From positions 207 to 64,206 of the forward strand of contig JAZSEG010000316.1 in the NCBI GenBank assembly GCA_045531575.1: DNA of 64,000 nt. Reading direction: 5' to 3'. The translations under genes were made by a program, and so were the position numbers. Positions 47,510-58,671 of this stretch are shown one piece after another; the first letter of the stretch is position 1, and each line of letters starts with the position of its first letter. The notes beneath the pieces were generated by a model, which had not been told where the DNA came from, searched no databases, and saw only the letters and a list, made by a program, of their open reading frames with translations. Source of the stretch: Oscillospiraceae bacterium (GTDB taxonomy: Bacteria > Bacillota > Clostridia > Oscillospirales > Ruminococcaceae).

Positions 47510-49402
47510 ATGGCAACAGGATATACTCTTGAAGAGTATGATGTTGTGGTTATAGGAGCAGGTCATGCGGGCTGCGAGGCTGCTCTTGCAGCTGCAAGAC
47601 TTGGAATGAAAACTGCGATATTCACACTGTCGCTGGACTGCATTGCAAATATGCCGTGTAATCCGTGCATTGGCGGCTCGGCAAAGGGTCAGATAGTGTG
47701 TGAGATAGATTCCCTCGGCGGCGAGATGGGTAAAGCGGCGGATGCTACATTCATTCAGTCCCGTATGCTGAACAGGGGAAAGGGTCCTGCGGTGCATAGT
47801 CTGAGAGTGCAGAGTGACCGGAATAAATATCATTTGTACATGAAGAAATGTCTGGAGGATACACCAAATCTGTATATCAAGCAGGCAGAGGTAGTATCTG
47901 TTGATGTGGAGGATGGACGAATAACAGCGGTGCGCACAAAGCTCGGTGCAGTTCATCCCTGCAAGGCTGCCATAATTACTACAGGAACTTATCTGAATGG
48001 TAAGATACACATCGGTGAGCTGAATTATGAGGCAGGCCCTGATAATGTGCTCCCGTCTACAGGTCTTACAGAATGTCTGAAGGAACTTGGTTGTACCATG
48101 CGTAGATTCAAGACAGGTACTCCTGCACGAGTGCATAAGCGCTCTATCAATTTCGATGTGCTTGAAAAGCAGGTCGGTGACGATGATATAATTCCATTTG
48201 CATTTGATAATGAGGATAAACTCGAGAATATAGTAGATTGCTATGTATCATATACTAATGCCGAGACTCATAAGGTTATCCTTGATAATCTGCATAGATC
48301 TCCATTATATTCGGGAAGGATAGAGGGTGTTGGTCCTCGTTATTGCCCGAGTATTGAGGATAAGATAGTGCGCTTCAAGGAAAAGGAGCGCCATCAGTTG
48401 TTTCTGGAACCTATGGGTCTGGATACCGATGAATATTACGTTCAGGGTATGAGTTCCTCTCTTCCTGAGGATGTACAGCTGAAATTCATGCGTACAATCA
48501 AAGGTCTTGAAAATGTAGAGATAATGCGTCCGGCGTATGCTATTGAATATGATTGCTGTGATCCGCTTGAATTGCTCCCTACACTGGAATTTAAAAAGAT
48601 ATCAGGTCTTTATGGTGCCGGTCAGTTCAACTGCACTAGTGGTTATGAGGAAGCTGCTGCACAGGGAATCGTTGCAGGTATAAACGCTGCTAGAAAGATC
48701 AAGGGTGATGAGCCTGTTATTCTTGACAGAGCATCCAGCTATATCGGAACTCTTATTGATGATCTTGTAACTAAGGGTTGCACTGAGCCTTATAGGATGA
48801 TGACTTCACGAAGTGAATATCGCCTTATCCTCAGGCAGGATAATGCTGCTGAGAGACTAATGCCACTGGGCCATGAAATAGGCCTTGTATCTGATGAGAG
48901 ATATGAGAGATTTCTTGCAGAACAAAAACAGGTTGCGGAAGTACTTGAAAGAGTGCGTACCACTACGATACATGCTTCTGATGAGTTGAATGAACTTCTT
49001 GTTTCCAGAGGAACCAGTCCTCTTACAAATGGTATCAGGATGATTGAGCTGCTGAAGAGACCACAGGTTGCTTATGAGGATCTCAAACCGTTCGATAAAA
49101 AACGTCCTGAGCTGAAGCCGTCACTCATCAATAAGATCGAGATCGAACTGAAGTATTCGGGATACATCAAGATACAGCAGGAGCAGATAGATAAGATGCG
49201 CAAGCTGGAAACAAAACTTCTGCCTGCAGATGTGGATTATAGGACAATTAAAGGACTGCGACTTGAAGCACAGGAAAAGCTGAATAAATTCAGACCGCTT
49301 AATGTCGGTCAGGCAGGACGTATCTCGGGTGTGAATCCTGCGGATGTTTCGGTGCTGCTTATATGGCTTGCAGGAAAGGGAGGAAACGATGGACAGAATT
49401 AA
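47510..49402 (+). CDS. mnmG: tRNA uridine 5-carboxymethylaminomethyl modification enzyme
   Basis: [33 protein letters not shown] and [10 protein letters not shown] motifs. Confidence 0.98.
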   Translation: MATGYTLEEYDVVVIGAGHAGCEAALAAARLGMKTAIFTLSLDCIANMPCNPCIGGSAKGQIVCEIDSLGGEMGKAADATFIQSRMLNRGKGPAVHSLRVQSDRNKYHLYMKKCLEDTPNLYIKQAEVVSVDVEDGRITAVRTKLGAVHPCKAAIITTGTYLNGKIHIGELNYEAGPDNVLPSTGLTECLKELGCTMRRFKTGTPARVHKRSINFDVLEKQVGDDDIIPFAFDNEDKLENIVDCYVSYTNAETHKVILDNLHRSPLYSGRIEGVGPRYCPSIEDKIVRFKEKERHQLFLEPMGLDTDEYYVQGMSSSLPEDVQLKFMRTIKGLENVEIMRPAYAIEYDCCDPLELLPTLEFKKISGLYGAGQFNCTSGYEEAAAQGIVAGINAARKIKGDEPVILDRASSYIGTLIDDLVTKGCTEPYRMMTSRSEYRLILRQDNAAERLMPLGHEIGLVSDERYERFLAEQKQVAEVLERVRTTTIHASDELNELLVSRGTSPLTNGIRMIELLKRPQVAYEDLKPFDKKRPELKPSLINKIEIELKYSGYIKIQQEQIDKMRKLETKLLPADVDYRTIKGLRLEAQEKLNKFRPLNVGQAGRISGVNPADVSVLLIWLAGKGGNDGQN

Positions 49403-50087
49403 ATATGTGCAGGATACTTTTCTTTCAGCAGGTATCACAATTACTCCTGATATGGCAGATCAGTATGTGCGGCTGTGCGATTTCATGGTAGAATATAATA
49501 AGAATGTCAATCTGACCGCTATCATAGAATTTGAAGATGTTGTGATGAAGCATTTCGTTGACAGTGTACTGCCGTTTACAATGGTCGATATAGAGCAGGG
49601 AAGCAGCTTTATCGATGTAGGTACTGGAGCAGGTTTTCCGTCGTTGCCACTGCTGATATATCGTCCTGATCTGAAGGGTACTTTGTGTGATAGTCTTAAT
49701 AAGCGTTGTGTTTATCTTGAAAAGGCTTGCACTGAAATAGGCGTGAAGGCAAAGATCGTCCATGCAAGAAGTGAGGAACTCGGCAGAAAACTCAGAGAGA
49801 AATTCGATTTCTCCACTGCAAGGGCAGTAGCAGCTATGCCTGTGCTTATGGAATACTGCATGTCATTTGTTAAGGTTGGCGGAAGATTCATAGCACTGAA
49901 ATCAGTGAATGAGGATATGTCTGCTGCTTCTAATGCGGCAGAGTTGATGGGCGGAGAGACTCCTGCAGTAACTGATTATAAGCTTCCTAATGGTGATGAC
50001 AGGCGTCTTGTCATCACAAAAAAAGTAAGACAGACTCCGACAAAATATCCAAGAACAACAGCCAATATTGCAAAGAAGCCGCTTTGA
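49389..50087 (+). CDS. rsmG: 16S rRNA m7G527 methyltransferase
   Basis: [20 protein letters not shown] and ARAVA motifs; overlaps the end of mnmG. Confidence 0.96.
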   Translation: MDRIKYVQDTFLSAGITITPDMADQYVRLCDFMVEYNKNVNLTAIIEFEDVVMKHFVDSVLPFTMVDIEQGSSFIDVGTGAGFPSLPLLIYRPDLKGTLCDSLNKRCVYLEKACTEIGVKAKIVHARSEELGRKLREKFDFSTARAVAAMPVLMEYCMSFVKVGGRFIALKSVNEDMSAASNAAELMGGETPAVTDYKLPNGDDRRLVITKKVRQTPTKYPRTTANIAKKPL

Positions 50088-50205
50088 TGCGGCTTTTTTT
50101 GTTGACTGATATCATGATGTGTCGGGAAATGCGATATTTATTTGTAGATTTTATTTCCTTATGATGTTAAAATGAAAGTACAATAATTGAAAGGAAGTAA
50201 AAATT

Positions 50206-51024
50206 ATGATGTTTATTAATAAAGAAAAGGTCGTACATAAGGTAATCATGCTGCCGCTCGCAAATATCATACCAAACAGGTCACAGCCTAGAAAACATTT
50301 TGACGATAGTGAATTATATCAGCTTTCAAGAAGCATACAGGAAAATGGTGTTCTTCAACCTGTTTGTGTAAGAAAAACAGGAGTTACTTATGAGATAATC
50401 AGCGGCGAGCGTAGGTGCAGAGCTTCTAAATCGGCAGGTCTAACCGAGGTGCCATGTATCGTTTTGGACGTTGATGAGGAGCGCTCAGCAGTGCTGGCAC
50501 TTATTGAAAATATTCAAAGGAGCGACCTGAGTTTCTTTGAAGAGGCTATAGCAATAAATGAACTAATCAATGTGTATGGTCTTACTCAGCAGGAAGCTGC
50601 TAGGCGATTGGGTAAGGCGCAGTCTACTGTAGCAAATAAACTGAGACTACTTCGTTTTACAGATGCTGAGCGAAATATTCTGGCAGGCAGTGATCTCAAT
50701 GAGCGACAAGCGAGAGCACTTATCCGAATAGATGATGTGGACAAGCGGATTAAGCTGCTGCATGAGGTTGTAAATAAGCGTCTGAATCTTGAACAGACTG
50801 AATCGTTGGTGGAAGCAGCTATGAACGGAGAGAAAAAGAAAACAACTGCCAGAAAGTCGAGCATATTCAATATACCATTGCCTAAGGTATATATCAATAG
50901 TATTAATAAAATAATTGATCGCATGAAAAGTAATAACATCTGCTGTGAAACTGTAACAAATCAGAATGATAGATTTTTTGAATATACTATAAAGATTCCT
51001 GTTACTGTCGATATGTGTAAATAA
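50206..51024 (+). CDS. noc: ParB-family protein at the noc (yyaA) position
   Basis: PNRSQPRK.F, GERRCRA and ALIENIQRSDL motifs with an HTH; lies between rsmG and parA. Confidence 0.75.
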   Translation: MMFINKEKVVHKVIMLPLANIIPNRSQPRKHFDDSELYQLSRSIQENGVLQPVCVRKTGVTYEIISGERRCRASKSAGLTEVPCIVLDVDEERSAVLALIENIQRSDLSFFEEAIAINELINVYGLTQQEAARRLGKAQSTVANKLRLLRFTDAERNILAGSDLNERQARALIRIDDVDKRIKLLHEVVNKRLNLEQTESLVEAAMNGEKKKTTARKSSIFNIPLPKVYINSINKIIDRMKSNNICCETVTNQNDRFFEYTIKIPVTVDMCK

Positions 51025-51027
51025 TTG

Positions 51028-51043
51028 CGTTCCACGTGGAACA
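51028..51043. promoter_or_regulatory. parS site
   Basis: CGTTCCACGTGGAACA. Confidence 0.9.
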
Positions 51044-51065
51044 TTTCGATGAATATGTCGAAAAT

Positions 51066-51081
51066 TGTTCCATGTGGAACA
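51066..51081. promoter_or_regulatory. parS site
   Basis: TGTTCCATGTGGAACA. Confidence 0.9.
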
Positions 51082-51159
51082 TTTTTTTGAAAAACCCTTT
51101 ATTTTTCGACAGAACTGTGCTATACTATATAAGTACCATAATGTAAAGGGGGAAAAGCT

Positions 51160-51948
51160 TTGGGCATTGTTATAGGTGTAGTAAATCAGAAGGGCGGCGT
51201 TGGTAAGACGACCACGGCAGTTAATGTTGCAGCCGGTCTCGGCGCTCTGGGAAAAAGAGTACTTCTGATCGATTTCGATCCGCAGGGGAATGCGACTACA
51301 GGTTTCGGTATCAAGAAAAAGACACTGGATGCTACTACATACGATGTTATAATGGGCGATAAGCGTCCTCAGGAGGTTATTGTCAGCACAAGATATAAGA
51401 ATGTGCGTATAATGCCTGCTACAAATCAGCTTTGTGAGGCTGAACTTCAGCTTTCAAGCGTTGAGCAGAGAAATCATCAGCTCAGAAAGGTCATTCTGCA
51501 GATAAAGGATGATTATGATATCATCATCGTGGATTGTCTGCCGTCTCTGGGTATTCTTGCAATAAATGCGCTGGTAGCTTGTGATGCGATCATCGTTCCG
51601 ATGGTGTGTGAGCCGTTTGCTATGGAGGGTCTTGCACAGCTTATTCAGACAATGAAAAAGGTGAAACGCGCTGTAAATAAGGATCTTCAGCTTATGGGAA
51701 TCGTGTTTACGATGCTTGATAAGAGATTACTGGCAAGCAACGAGATCATGCGTGATATCAAGAGGAATTTCTCGCCTGACTCGTTCTTCCATACGGAGAT
51801 ACCGAGAAACGTACGCATAACTGAAGCACAGAGCCACGGCGAACCGATACTCTATTATGACAAGAACTCCAAGGGTGGAGACGCTTACAAGAGATTGTCA
51901 AAGGAGATTCTTGCAAAGTGCCGTGAAATGGAGAAGAAACATGGCTAA
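51160..51948 (+). CDS. parA: Chromosome partitioning ATPase Soj/ParA
   Basis: NQKGGVGKTT, DFDPQGNAT, DCLPSLG and IPRNVR motifs; TTG start. Confidence 0.96.
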   Translation: MGIVIGVVNQKGGVGKTTTAVNVAAGLGALGKRVLLIDFDPQGNATTGFGIKKKTLDATTYDVIMGDKRPQEVIVSTRYKNVRIMPATNQLCEAELQLSSVEQRNHQLRKVILQIKDDYDIIIVDCLPSLGILAINALVACDAIIVPMVCEPFAMEGLAQLIQTMKKVKRAVNKDLQLMGIVFTMLDKRLLASNEIMRDIKRNFSPDSFFHTEIPRNVRITEAQSHGEPILYYDKNSKGGDAYKRLSKEILAKCREMEKKHG

Positions 51949-52792
51949 AAGAAGGATAAACAGCAATTTCAGCAGTATTTTCGATGATAACAGTATTATG
52001 GAGGATAGCGAGAATTTAAGCACGCTCCGTATAACTGAGATCGAACCGAATAAAAATCAACCCAGAAAGAATTTCGATAAGGAAGCGTTAGAACAGCTTG
52101 CATCCTCTATAAGAGAAAATGGCGTGCTTCAGCCGCTTCTGGTAAGACCCCTTTCAACAGGTAATTATCAGATCATCGCAGGCGAACGTCGTTGGAGAGC
52201 ATCTAAGATAGCAGGTCTGAGTGAGATACCTGTAGTCATCCGTGATGATCTCACCGAGGAACAGGTAATGCAGATAGCTCTGATAGAGAATCTGCAGCGT
52301 GAGAATCTCAACCCTATCGAAGAAGCTATGGGATATAAGGAGCTTATCGATAATTATAAGATGACTCAGGATGAGCTTGCAAAATCTCTCGGAAAGGCAA
52401 GATCTTCTATTGCAAATTCGCTTGGTCTGCTTACTCTGCCGAAGAGCGTGAAGGATCTGCTGGCAGGCGGAGAGCTTTCCGCAGGCCATTGCAAGGCGCT
52501 GAAGGCGATCAAGGATCCTGCGCTGATGACAGAGATAGCATTCCGTGCGGCTGATGGAGAACTCAGCGTTCGCAGTATCGAGGCTATCGCAAAGCGTGAG
52601 GCTAAGAAGAACGAGGAAAAGGATGAGATCAAACCGAGATTGTCCTACTACACCGAGGTAGAGCTCAGCCTGGCAGAGCTTCTTGCAACAAAAGTGAGAA
52701 TAGTTGAGGGCAAAAAGACCAATACTATTCAGATAAACTTCGATGATAAGGAACAGCTTGAAGGCATCATGAAGGCTCTTATGAAAAACTAA
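51941..52792 (+). CDS. parB: Chromosome partitioning protein Spo0J/ParB
   Basis: PNKNQPRK.F, AGERRWRA and ALIENLQRENLNPIEEA motifs; start at ATG 51941. Confidence 0.95.
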   Translation: MAKRRINSNFSSIFDDNSIMEDSENLSTLRITEIEPNKNQPRKNFDKEALEQLASSIRENGVLQPLLVRPLSTGNYQIIAGERRWRASKIAGLSEIPVVIRDDLTEEQVMQIALIENLQRENLNPIEEAMGYKELIDNYKMTQDELAKSLGKARSSIANSLGLLTLPKSVKDLLAGGELSAGHCKALKAIKDPALMTEIAFRAADGELSVRSIEAIAKREAKKNEEKDEIKPRLSYYTEVELSLAELLATKVRIVEGKKTNTIQINFDDKEQLEGIMKALMKN

Positions 52793-52841
52793 TACAGGAA
52801 CAACACCTGAAAAATACAGAAATTAAAGGAAGGCAAATACC

Positions 52842-54128
52842 ATGATAGACATCAAATTTTTAAGAGAAAATCCCGACGCAGTAAAGGAAAACATCAAGAA
52901 GAAGTTCCAGGATGCAAAGCTCCCTCTGGTAGACGAGGTGATCGAGCTTGACGTGAATTACCGTAAGGCACTGCAGCGCAAGGAGTCCCTGCAGGCTGAT
53001 AAGAACAAGATCTCCAAGAGCATCGGTGCGTTTATGGCACAGGGCAAGAAGGATGAGGCTGAGGCTGCAAAGGCTCAGGTAAAGGCGTTCTCTGAGGAGC
53101 TTGCAGAGCTTGACAAGACTGTTCCCGAGATGGAGGAGCGCATCAAGACCATCATGATGACCATCCCCAACATCATCGATCCTTCCGTTCCGATCGGTAA
53201 GGATGACAGTGAGAATGTTGAGATCCAGCGTTACGGCGAGCCTGTAGTTCCCGAGTTCGAGGTTCCTTACCATGCTGAGATCATGGAGAAGCTCAAGGGT
53301 ATCGATCTTGACAGTGCAAGAAAGGTTGCAGGTAACGGCTTCTACTATCTGATGGGTGATATCGCAAGACTTCACTCTGCTGTTATCTCCTACGCAAGAG
53401 ATTTCATGATCGACCGTGGCTTCACATACTGCATCCCTCCTTTTATGATCAGAAGCAACGTTGTTACAGGAGTTATGAGCTTTGCTGAGATGGACGCTAT
53501 GATGTACAAGATCGAGGGCGAGGATCTGTATCTTATCGGTACATCCGAGCATTCCATGATCGGTAAGTTCATCGATACTATCATTGATGAGGAGTCTCTG
53601 CCTCACACTCTCACATCCTATTCTCCCTGCTTCCGTAAGGAGAAGGGCGCTCACGGTATCGAGGAGAGAGGTGTATACCGCATCCATCAGTTTGAGAAGC
53701 AGGAGATGATCGTTGTCTGCAAGCCTGAGGAATCCGCAATGTGGTTTGATAAGCTGTGGCAGAACACTGTTGATCTGTTCCGCTCCATGGATATCCCTGT
53801 AAGAACTATCGAGTGCTGCTCCGGTGACCTGGCTGATCTGAAGGTTAAGTCCTTCGACGTTGAGGCATGGTCTCCCAGACAGAAGAAGTACTTCGAGGTA
53901 GGCAGCTGCTCCAACCTCGGCGATGCTCAGGCAAGACGTCTGAAGATCCGTGTAAACGGTCAGGATGGCAAGAAGTATTTCGCTCATACTCTGAACAATA
54001 CTGTTGTTGCTCCTCCCAGAATGCTTATCGCATTCCTTGAGAACAATCTCAACGAGGACGGCAGCGTAAACATCCCTGAGGTTCTCAGACCTTACATGGG
54101 CGGCAAGTCTAAGATCGAAGTTTGCTGA
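52842..54128 (+). CDS. serS: Serine--tRNA ligase
   Basis: N-terminal coiled-coil arm; LIGTSE, CFRKE.G, RIHQFEKQE, EVGSCSN and HTLN motifs. Confidence 0.98.
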   Translation: MIDIKFLRENPDAVKENIKKKFQDAKLPLVDEVIELDVNYRKALQRKESLQADKNKISKSIGAFMAQGKKDEAEAAKAQVKAFSEELAELDKTVPEMEERIKTIMMTIPNIIDPSVPIGKDDSENVEIQRYGEPVVPEFEVPYHAEIMEKLKGIDLDSARKVAGNGFYYLMGDIARLHSAVISYARDFMIDRGFTYCIPPFMIRSNVVTGVMSFAEMDAMMYKIEGEDLYLIGTSEHSMIGKFIDTIIDEESLPHTLTSYSPCFRKEKGAHGIEERGVYRIHQFEKQEMIVVCKPEESAMWFDKLWQNTVDLFRSMDIPVRTIECCSGDLADLKVKSFDVEAWSPRQKKYFEVGSCSNLGDAQARRLKIRVNGQDGKKYFAHTLNNTVVAPPRMLIAFLENNLNEDGSVNIPEVLRPYMGGKSKIEVC

Positions 54129-54149
54129 TATAAAGGTTAGGTAACATAT

Positions 54150-54203
54150 ATGGCGGGATCAAAAACGTCCTGAATACGGACGTTTTTTGATCTTGCCATT
54201 TTT
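54150..54203 (+). terminator. Terminator after serS
   Basis: Long hairpin ATGGCGGGATCAAAAACGTCC...GGACGTTTTTTGATCTTGCCAT followed by a T tract. Confidence 0.7.
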
Positions 54204-54265
54204 TCAATAGTAAATAACAAATATTTACATTTATTACTTTTTTATTTATTGCTTCAGGAGGCAAA

Positions 54266-54967
54266 ATGTCATTTGTAAAGCTTGATAATGTATATAAGCG
54301 TTATCGTATGGGAGAGGTTACGATCAATGCGGCAGATGGAATGACCTTTGACATAGAAAAAGGTGAATTTGTCATCATCGTGGGACCGAGTGGCTCGGGA
54401 AAGACCACTGTTCTGAATATGCTGGGCGGTATGGATACCTGCGATGAAGGAATCATCAGTGTTGATGGCGCAAGGGTTGACGGATATAACAGAAAGCAGC
54501 TGACAGAATACCGCAGACATGATATCGGCTTTATATTCCAGTTCTATAATCTGCTGCCGAATCTTACTGCAAAGGAAAATGTAGAGCTTGCAGTACAAAC
54601 TACGAAGGATTTCATCCCTGCTGCAGAGATACTTGAAAAGGTAGGTCTCGGTGAGAGACTGGATAATTTCCCCGCACAGCTTTCGGGTGGTGAGCAGCAG
54701 CGTGTATCTATTGCAAGGGCACTCAGTAAAAGACCCAAGCTGCTGCTGTGTGATGAGCCTACAGGTGCTCTTGATTACAATACGGGCAAGGTTATACTGA
54801 AGCTGCTGCAGGATACCTGCCGCAAAGACGGTATGACAGTTATACTGGTTACCCACAACTCTGCGATCGCTCCCATGGCTGACAGAGTAATAAAGATCAA
54901 GAACAGCAAGGTGAGCAAGATCGTTCTGAATGAGAATCCCACACCTGTGGAAGAGATCGAATGGTAA
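54266..54967 (+). CDS. ABC transporter ATP-binding protein (LolD/MacB type)
   Basis: [25 protein letters not shown] and VTH motifs. Confidence 0.95.
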   Translation: MSFVKLDNVYKRYRMGEVTINAADGMTFDIEKGEFVIIVGPSGSGKTTVLNMLGGMDTCDEGIISVDGARVDGYNRKQLTEYRRHDIGFIFQFYNLLPNLTAKENVELAVQTTKDFIPAAEILEKVGLGERLDNFPAQLSGGEQQRVSIARALSKRPKLLLCDEPTGALDYNTGKVILKLLQDTCRKDGMTVILVTHNSAIAPMADRVIKIKNSKVSKIVLNENPTPVEEIEW

Positions 54968-54985
54968 TGTGGCGAGGGTACGGAT

Positions 54986-57900
54986 TTGAAGGCTATAAAT
55001 AAGAATATTTTCAGGGAAATAACCCATTCAAAGGGTAGATTTCTCTCTATCATGCTGATATGTATGATAGGCGTAGGCTTCTTCAGCGGAGTCAGTGCCA
55101 CGGGAGATGATATGAAGCTTTCCGCTGATAAGCTGTTCGATGAGCAGAAGCTGTTTGATCTGCGTGTGCTTTCCACATTCGGCTTGACCGACGATGATGC
55201 GGCGGCTATAAAAGAGATCGACGGGGTATCAGAGGTATACACATCAAAATATTCCGACCTTGCGGTGTATTTCAATAACAAGGAGTATCTTACAAGAGTC
55301 TATTCCTGGAATAATGATGAAGTAAATAAGGTACTGCTTCACGAGGGAAGATTCCCCGAGGCGGAGAATGAGTGTATCGTCAGCGGAAACAGACTGCAGG
55401 CTGGATTCAAGCTAGGGGAAACTGTATCTGTTGTGGATCTTACTGAAGCAGAGGAGTTCCCGCTTAAACACAAGGAATATACCATCGTAGGCATATTTGA
55501 TTCACCTATGTATATCTCGATGACTCAGCATGGAAGCACTACCATTGGTGACGGTGCGCTGGATTCATTTATGTATGTTACGGAGAGTAATTTTGCACAA
55601 GAAGTATACACAGAGATATACATCCGTTCAGAGCAGCTTGCGGAAATGAAGAGCTATTCCGATGAATACGACGAATTGCGTGAAGAGATCACCGTAAAGC
55701 TGGAGGAACTTGGAATATCACGCAGTGAGATCCGCTATGACGAGGTAGTCGGCGAGGCGCTTCAGGAGATCGCTGACGGCGAAAAAGAGCTTGCCGAAGC
55801 AAAGGCGGAAGGAGAGCAGGAGCTGGCAGATGCAGCGGCGGATATTGCTGATGCAGAACAGCAGATAGCTGATGGAGAGCAGGAGCTTATTGATGCGAAA
55901 GCAGAGCTTGTCGATGGCGCAAAGCAGCTTGAGGATGCAGAAAAAGAGCTTGCTGATGCTTACCGTGAGATAGAGAACGGCAAAACAGATCTTATTGCAG
56001 CTAAGAACGAGCTTATAACTTACGAAAGAGAGCTTCAGGATGCAAAGACTGAGATGCTCAATGGTGAGCGTGAGTTGAATCAGGCAAAGCAGCTGTTGGA
56101 TGAGAGCAAAGTGCAGCTTGACGAGGGTCAGGCGGAGATAGACAAAAACGCTGCAGAACTGGAAGCTGGCAAGGCTCAGCTTGAGGAAGCCAAGGCGCAG
56201 ATAGCTCAGGCAGAGGAGGAATATAACGCAGGATTCGCTCAGTACGAGCAGGGAATGCAGCAGCTAAGTGAGGGCGAAAAGCAGCTCCAGCAGGCTATTT
56301 TGGTATACGGTAAGGATAATCCGCTGATAATTCAACAAAAAGTCGAATTAGAAACCAATAAAAATGTTCTCCAACAGACGAAGATTGCCCTTGACAGTGC
56401 ATTGGCGCAGATCGAAGCAGGCAAGGCAGAGATAGCTGTAAATGAGCAGATGATTGCAGAGGGAGAGCTTCAGCTGGGAGCTGCGCAGCAGCAGATAGAC
56501 GAGGGCCTTGCGCAGTACAATGAAGGTCTTGCAGAGTGGGAAAAGGGCTATGCAGATTTTGTTGAGGGTCAGCAGGCATATCTTGACGGATACAAGCAGT
56601 ATCTGGATGGACTGGCACAGTATAATGACGGTCTTACGCAGATAGAAGATGCAGAACGTCAGTATAATGAGGGAAAGGTCACTCTTGAAGAAAAGCGTCT
56701 TGAATATGAGGATGGCGTAAAGCAGTATGAGGATGGCCTGAAAGAGATCGAGGATGCAAAAAAAGAGCTTGCAGACGGTAAAAAGGATTATGAAGAGGGT
56801 CTGCTGACATTCAATACCGAGATAGCCGACGCAGAAAAGGAGCTTGCGGATGCAAAGCAGAAAATAGAAGATGCGGGCGAGGCGGAGTGGTATATCTTCA
56901 CCCGTGACGATAACCCTGGTTACTCGGAATATGCAAGCAACGCGGAGCGTATCGATAAGATAGCTTCGGTGTTCCCGATATTCTTCCTGCTTGTTGCAGG
57001 TCTTGTGTGCCTTACCACTATGTCGAGAATGGTGGAGGAAAACAGAACACAGGTCGGTACATTAAAGGCTCTGGGTTATTCAAATGGTCGGATAATGGCG
57101 CATTATATGACATATGCGCTTTCCGGTGCCGCCATAGGAAGTGTTATCGGTGCTTTCGGAGGAATGGTGTTGTTTCCCGGTGTTATCGTGTATGCGTATT
57201 CGATCATGTATATCGTAACAGAAACAGTGTTCGTGTTCAATCCTGTTTATATTCTGCTTTCGGCAGGTTCTATGCTTGCGGCGATAGCGCTCACCGTGTT
57301 CTTCAGCTGCAAAAAAGTGCTGGGTGAGACTCCTGCAAGCCTGATGCGACCCAAAGCGCCTAAGGCAGGCAAGCGAGTTTTACTGGAGCGTATAGGATTC
57401 ATCTGGAACAGGATGGGATTTTTCGCAAAGGTATCAGGCAGAAATCTGTTCCGCTATAAGCGCAGGATGTTCATGACTGTTATAGGCATTGCGGGATGTA
57501 CGGCGCTGATGCTTACTGGATTTGGTCTGAAGAATTCCGTATCGGATATAATCAATTTGCAGTATGGTGAGATATTCAATTACAGCGGCATGGTCGCTGT
57601 GGCTGATGATCAGACCGCAGCGGAAGAACAGGCACTTTATGGTGAGCTGATGGAATTTGATCCCGAAACGGTGTATACTCAGATACATCTGAAGCAGTAC
57701 ACGGTTTCGTTCGGTGATACCAATGTGCAGACATATATCACTGTTGCAAAGGACAGCGAGATACTTGAAATCATGATAGATATGCATGAGCGAGTATCGG
57801 GCGAAAAGCTTTCTCTCAGCAATGGAACGGTGAGCACGGAAAAGCTGGCAACGCTTCTCGGCGCAAAAGCAGGCGATGAAATAACGATACGCATAAGCGA

Positions 57901-58558
57901 TCAGGAGAGCTGCACAGTTACTATCGGCGGTATAACCGAGCATTATGCAAGCCACTATTTCTATATGACTGAGGAAATGTACAGCGAGCTGTTCGGTAGT
58001 ACGCCTGATTATAATATGGTTTATTTCAATAACAGACTTACAGACGATCCGACCGATAAGGAGGATTTCTCTGAAAGGATCATGGCGTGTGATGGTGTTC
58101 TTACAGTTATGCTGAATACTACTTCCGCAGGTACCTTTGAAGAAATGCTGGGAATGATCGATATGGTAATTATCGTGCTTATCATTTCTGCAGGTGCGCT
58201 GGCGTTTGTGGTGCTGTATAATCTCACGAATGTTAATATCACTGAACGTATCCGAGAGATAGCTACGCTGAAGGTACTTGGTTTCTATGACAGAGAGGTA
58301 TCCAGCTATGTGTTCAGGGAGAATATCATTCTTTCTCTTATGGGCAGCGGTGCAGGTTTGCTGTTGGGTATAGCGCTGTGTAAATTCGTGGTGCAGACTG
58401 CGGAGATAGACGAGGTAATGTTCGGCAGAAACATACACGGCACATCCTATCTGTATGCATTCGTAATGACGTTTGTATTCTCAATGATAGTAAATCTTAT
58501 CATGACCCGTGTGCTGAAGAAGATAAGCATGGTGGAATCGCTCAAATCGGTTGAATAA
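54986..58558 (+). CDS. FtsX/MacB-type ABC permease with a long coiled-coil insert
   Basis: Two permease halves (RTQVGTLKALG; ERIREIATLKVLG) with ~400 aa of heptad repeats between them. Confidence 0.9.
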   Translation: MKAINKNIFREITHSKGRFLSIMLICMIGVGFFSGVSATGDDMKLSADKLFDEQKLFDLRVLSTFGLTDDDAAAIKEIDGVSEVYTSKYSDLAVYFNNKEYLTRVYSWNNDEVNKVLLHEGRFPEAENECIVSGNRLQAGFKLGETVSVVDLTEAEEFPLKHKEYTIVGIFDSPMYISMTQHGSTTIGDGALDSFMYVTESNFAQEVYTEIYIRSEQLAEMKSYSDEYDELREEITVKLEELGISRSEIRYDEVVGEALQEIADGEKELAEAKAEGEQELADAAADIADAEQQIADGEQELIDAKAELVDGAKQLEDAEKELADAYREIENGKTDLIAAKNELITYERELQDAKTEMLNGERELNQAKQLLDESKVQLDEGQAEIDKNAAELEAGKAQLEEAKAQIAQAEEEYNAGFAQYEQGMQQLSEGEKQLQQAILVYGKDNPLIIQQKVELETNKNVLQQTKIALDSALAQIEAGKAEIAVNEQMIAEGELQLGAAQQQIDEGLAQYNEGLAEWEKGYADFVEGQQAYLDGYKQYLDGLAQYNDGLTQIEDAERQYNEGKVTLEEKRLEYEDGVKQYEDGLKEIEDAKKELADGKKDYEEGLLTFNTEIADAEKELADAKQKIEDAGEAEWYIFTRDDNPGYSEYASNAERIDKIASVFPIFFLLVAGLVCLTTMSRMVEENRTQVGTLKALGYSNGRIMAHYMTYALSGAAIGSVIGAFGGMVLFPGVIVYAYSIMYIVTETVFVFNPVYILLSAGSMLAAIALTVFFSCKKVLGETPASLMRPKAPKAGKRVLLERIGFIWNRMGFFAKVSGRNLFRYKRRMFMTVIGIAGCTALMLTGFGLKNSVSDIINLQYGEIFNYSGMVAVADDQTAAEEQALYGELMEFDPETVYTQIHLKQYTVSFGDTNVQTYITVAKDSEILEIMIDMHERVSGEKLSLSNGTVSTEKLATLLGAKAGDEITIRISDQESCTVTIGGITEHYASHYFYMTEEMYSELFGSTPDYNMVYFNNRLTDDPTDKEDFSERIMACDGVLTVMLNTTSAGTFEEMLGMIDMVIIVLIISAGALAFVVLYNLTNVNITERIREIATLKVLGFYDREVSSYVFRENIILSLMGSGAGLLLGIALCKFVVQTAEIDEVMFGRNIHGTSYLYAFVMTFVFSMIVNLIMTRVLKKISMVESLKSVE

Positions 58559-58671
58559 CAATTACAAAAGTCTTACAAAATAATAACGATACTTGACGAA
58601 ATCCACATATTATGGTATCATATAGTTATAGTTGTTATCTGTTTATGACAAAATCGGAAAGGCGGCCAGAA

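Noticed and set aside
55740-56880. Quasi-periodic repeats in the ABC permease
   Set aside because: Coiled-coil heptads typical of this permease family; not a CRISPR array or DNA repeat.
31542-58438. Further long antisense ORFs (31542-32435, 39073-40149, 42162-43274, 44958-45974, 46035-47249, 52860-53987, 57434-58438)
   Set aside because: Each lies opposite a well-supported conserved gene; same shadow artefact.
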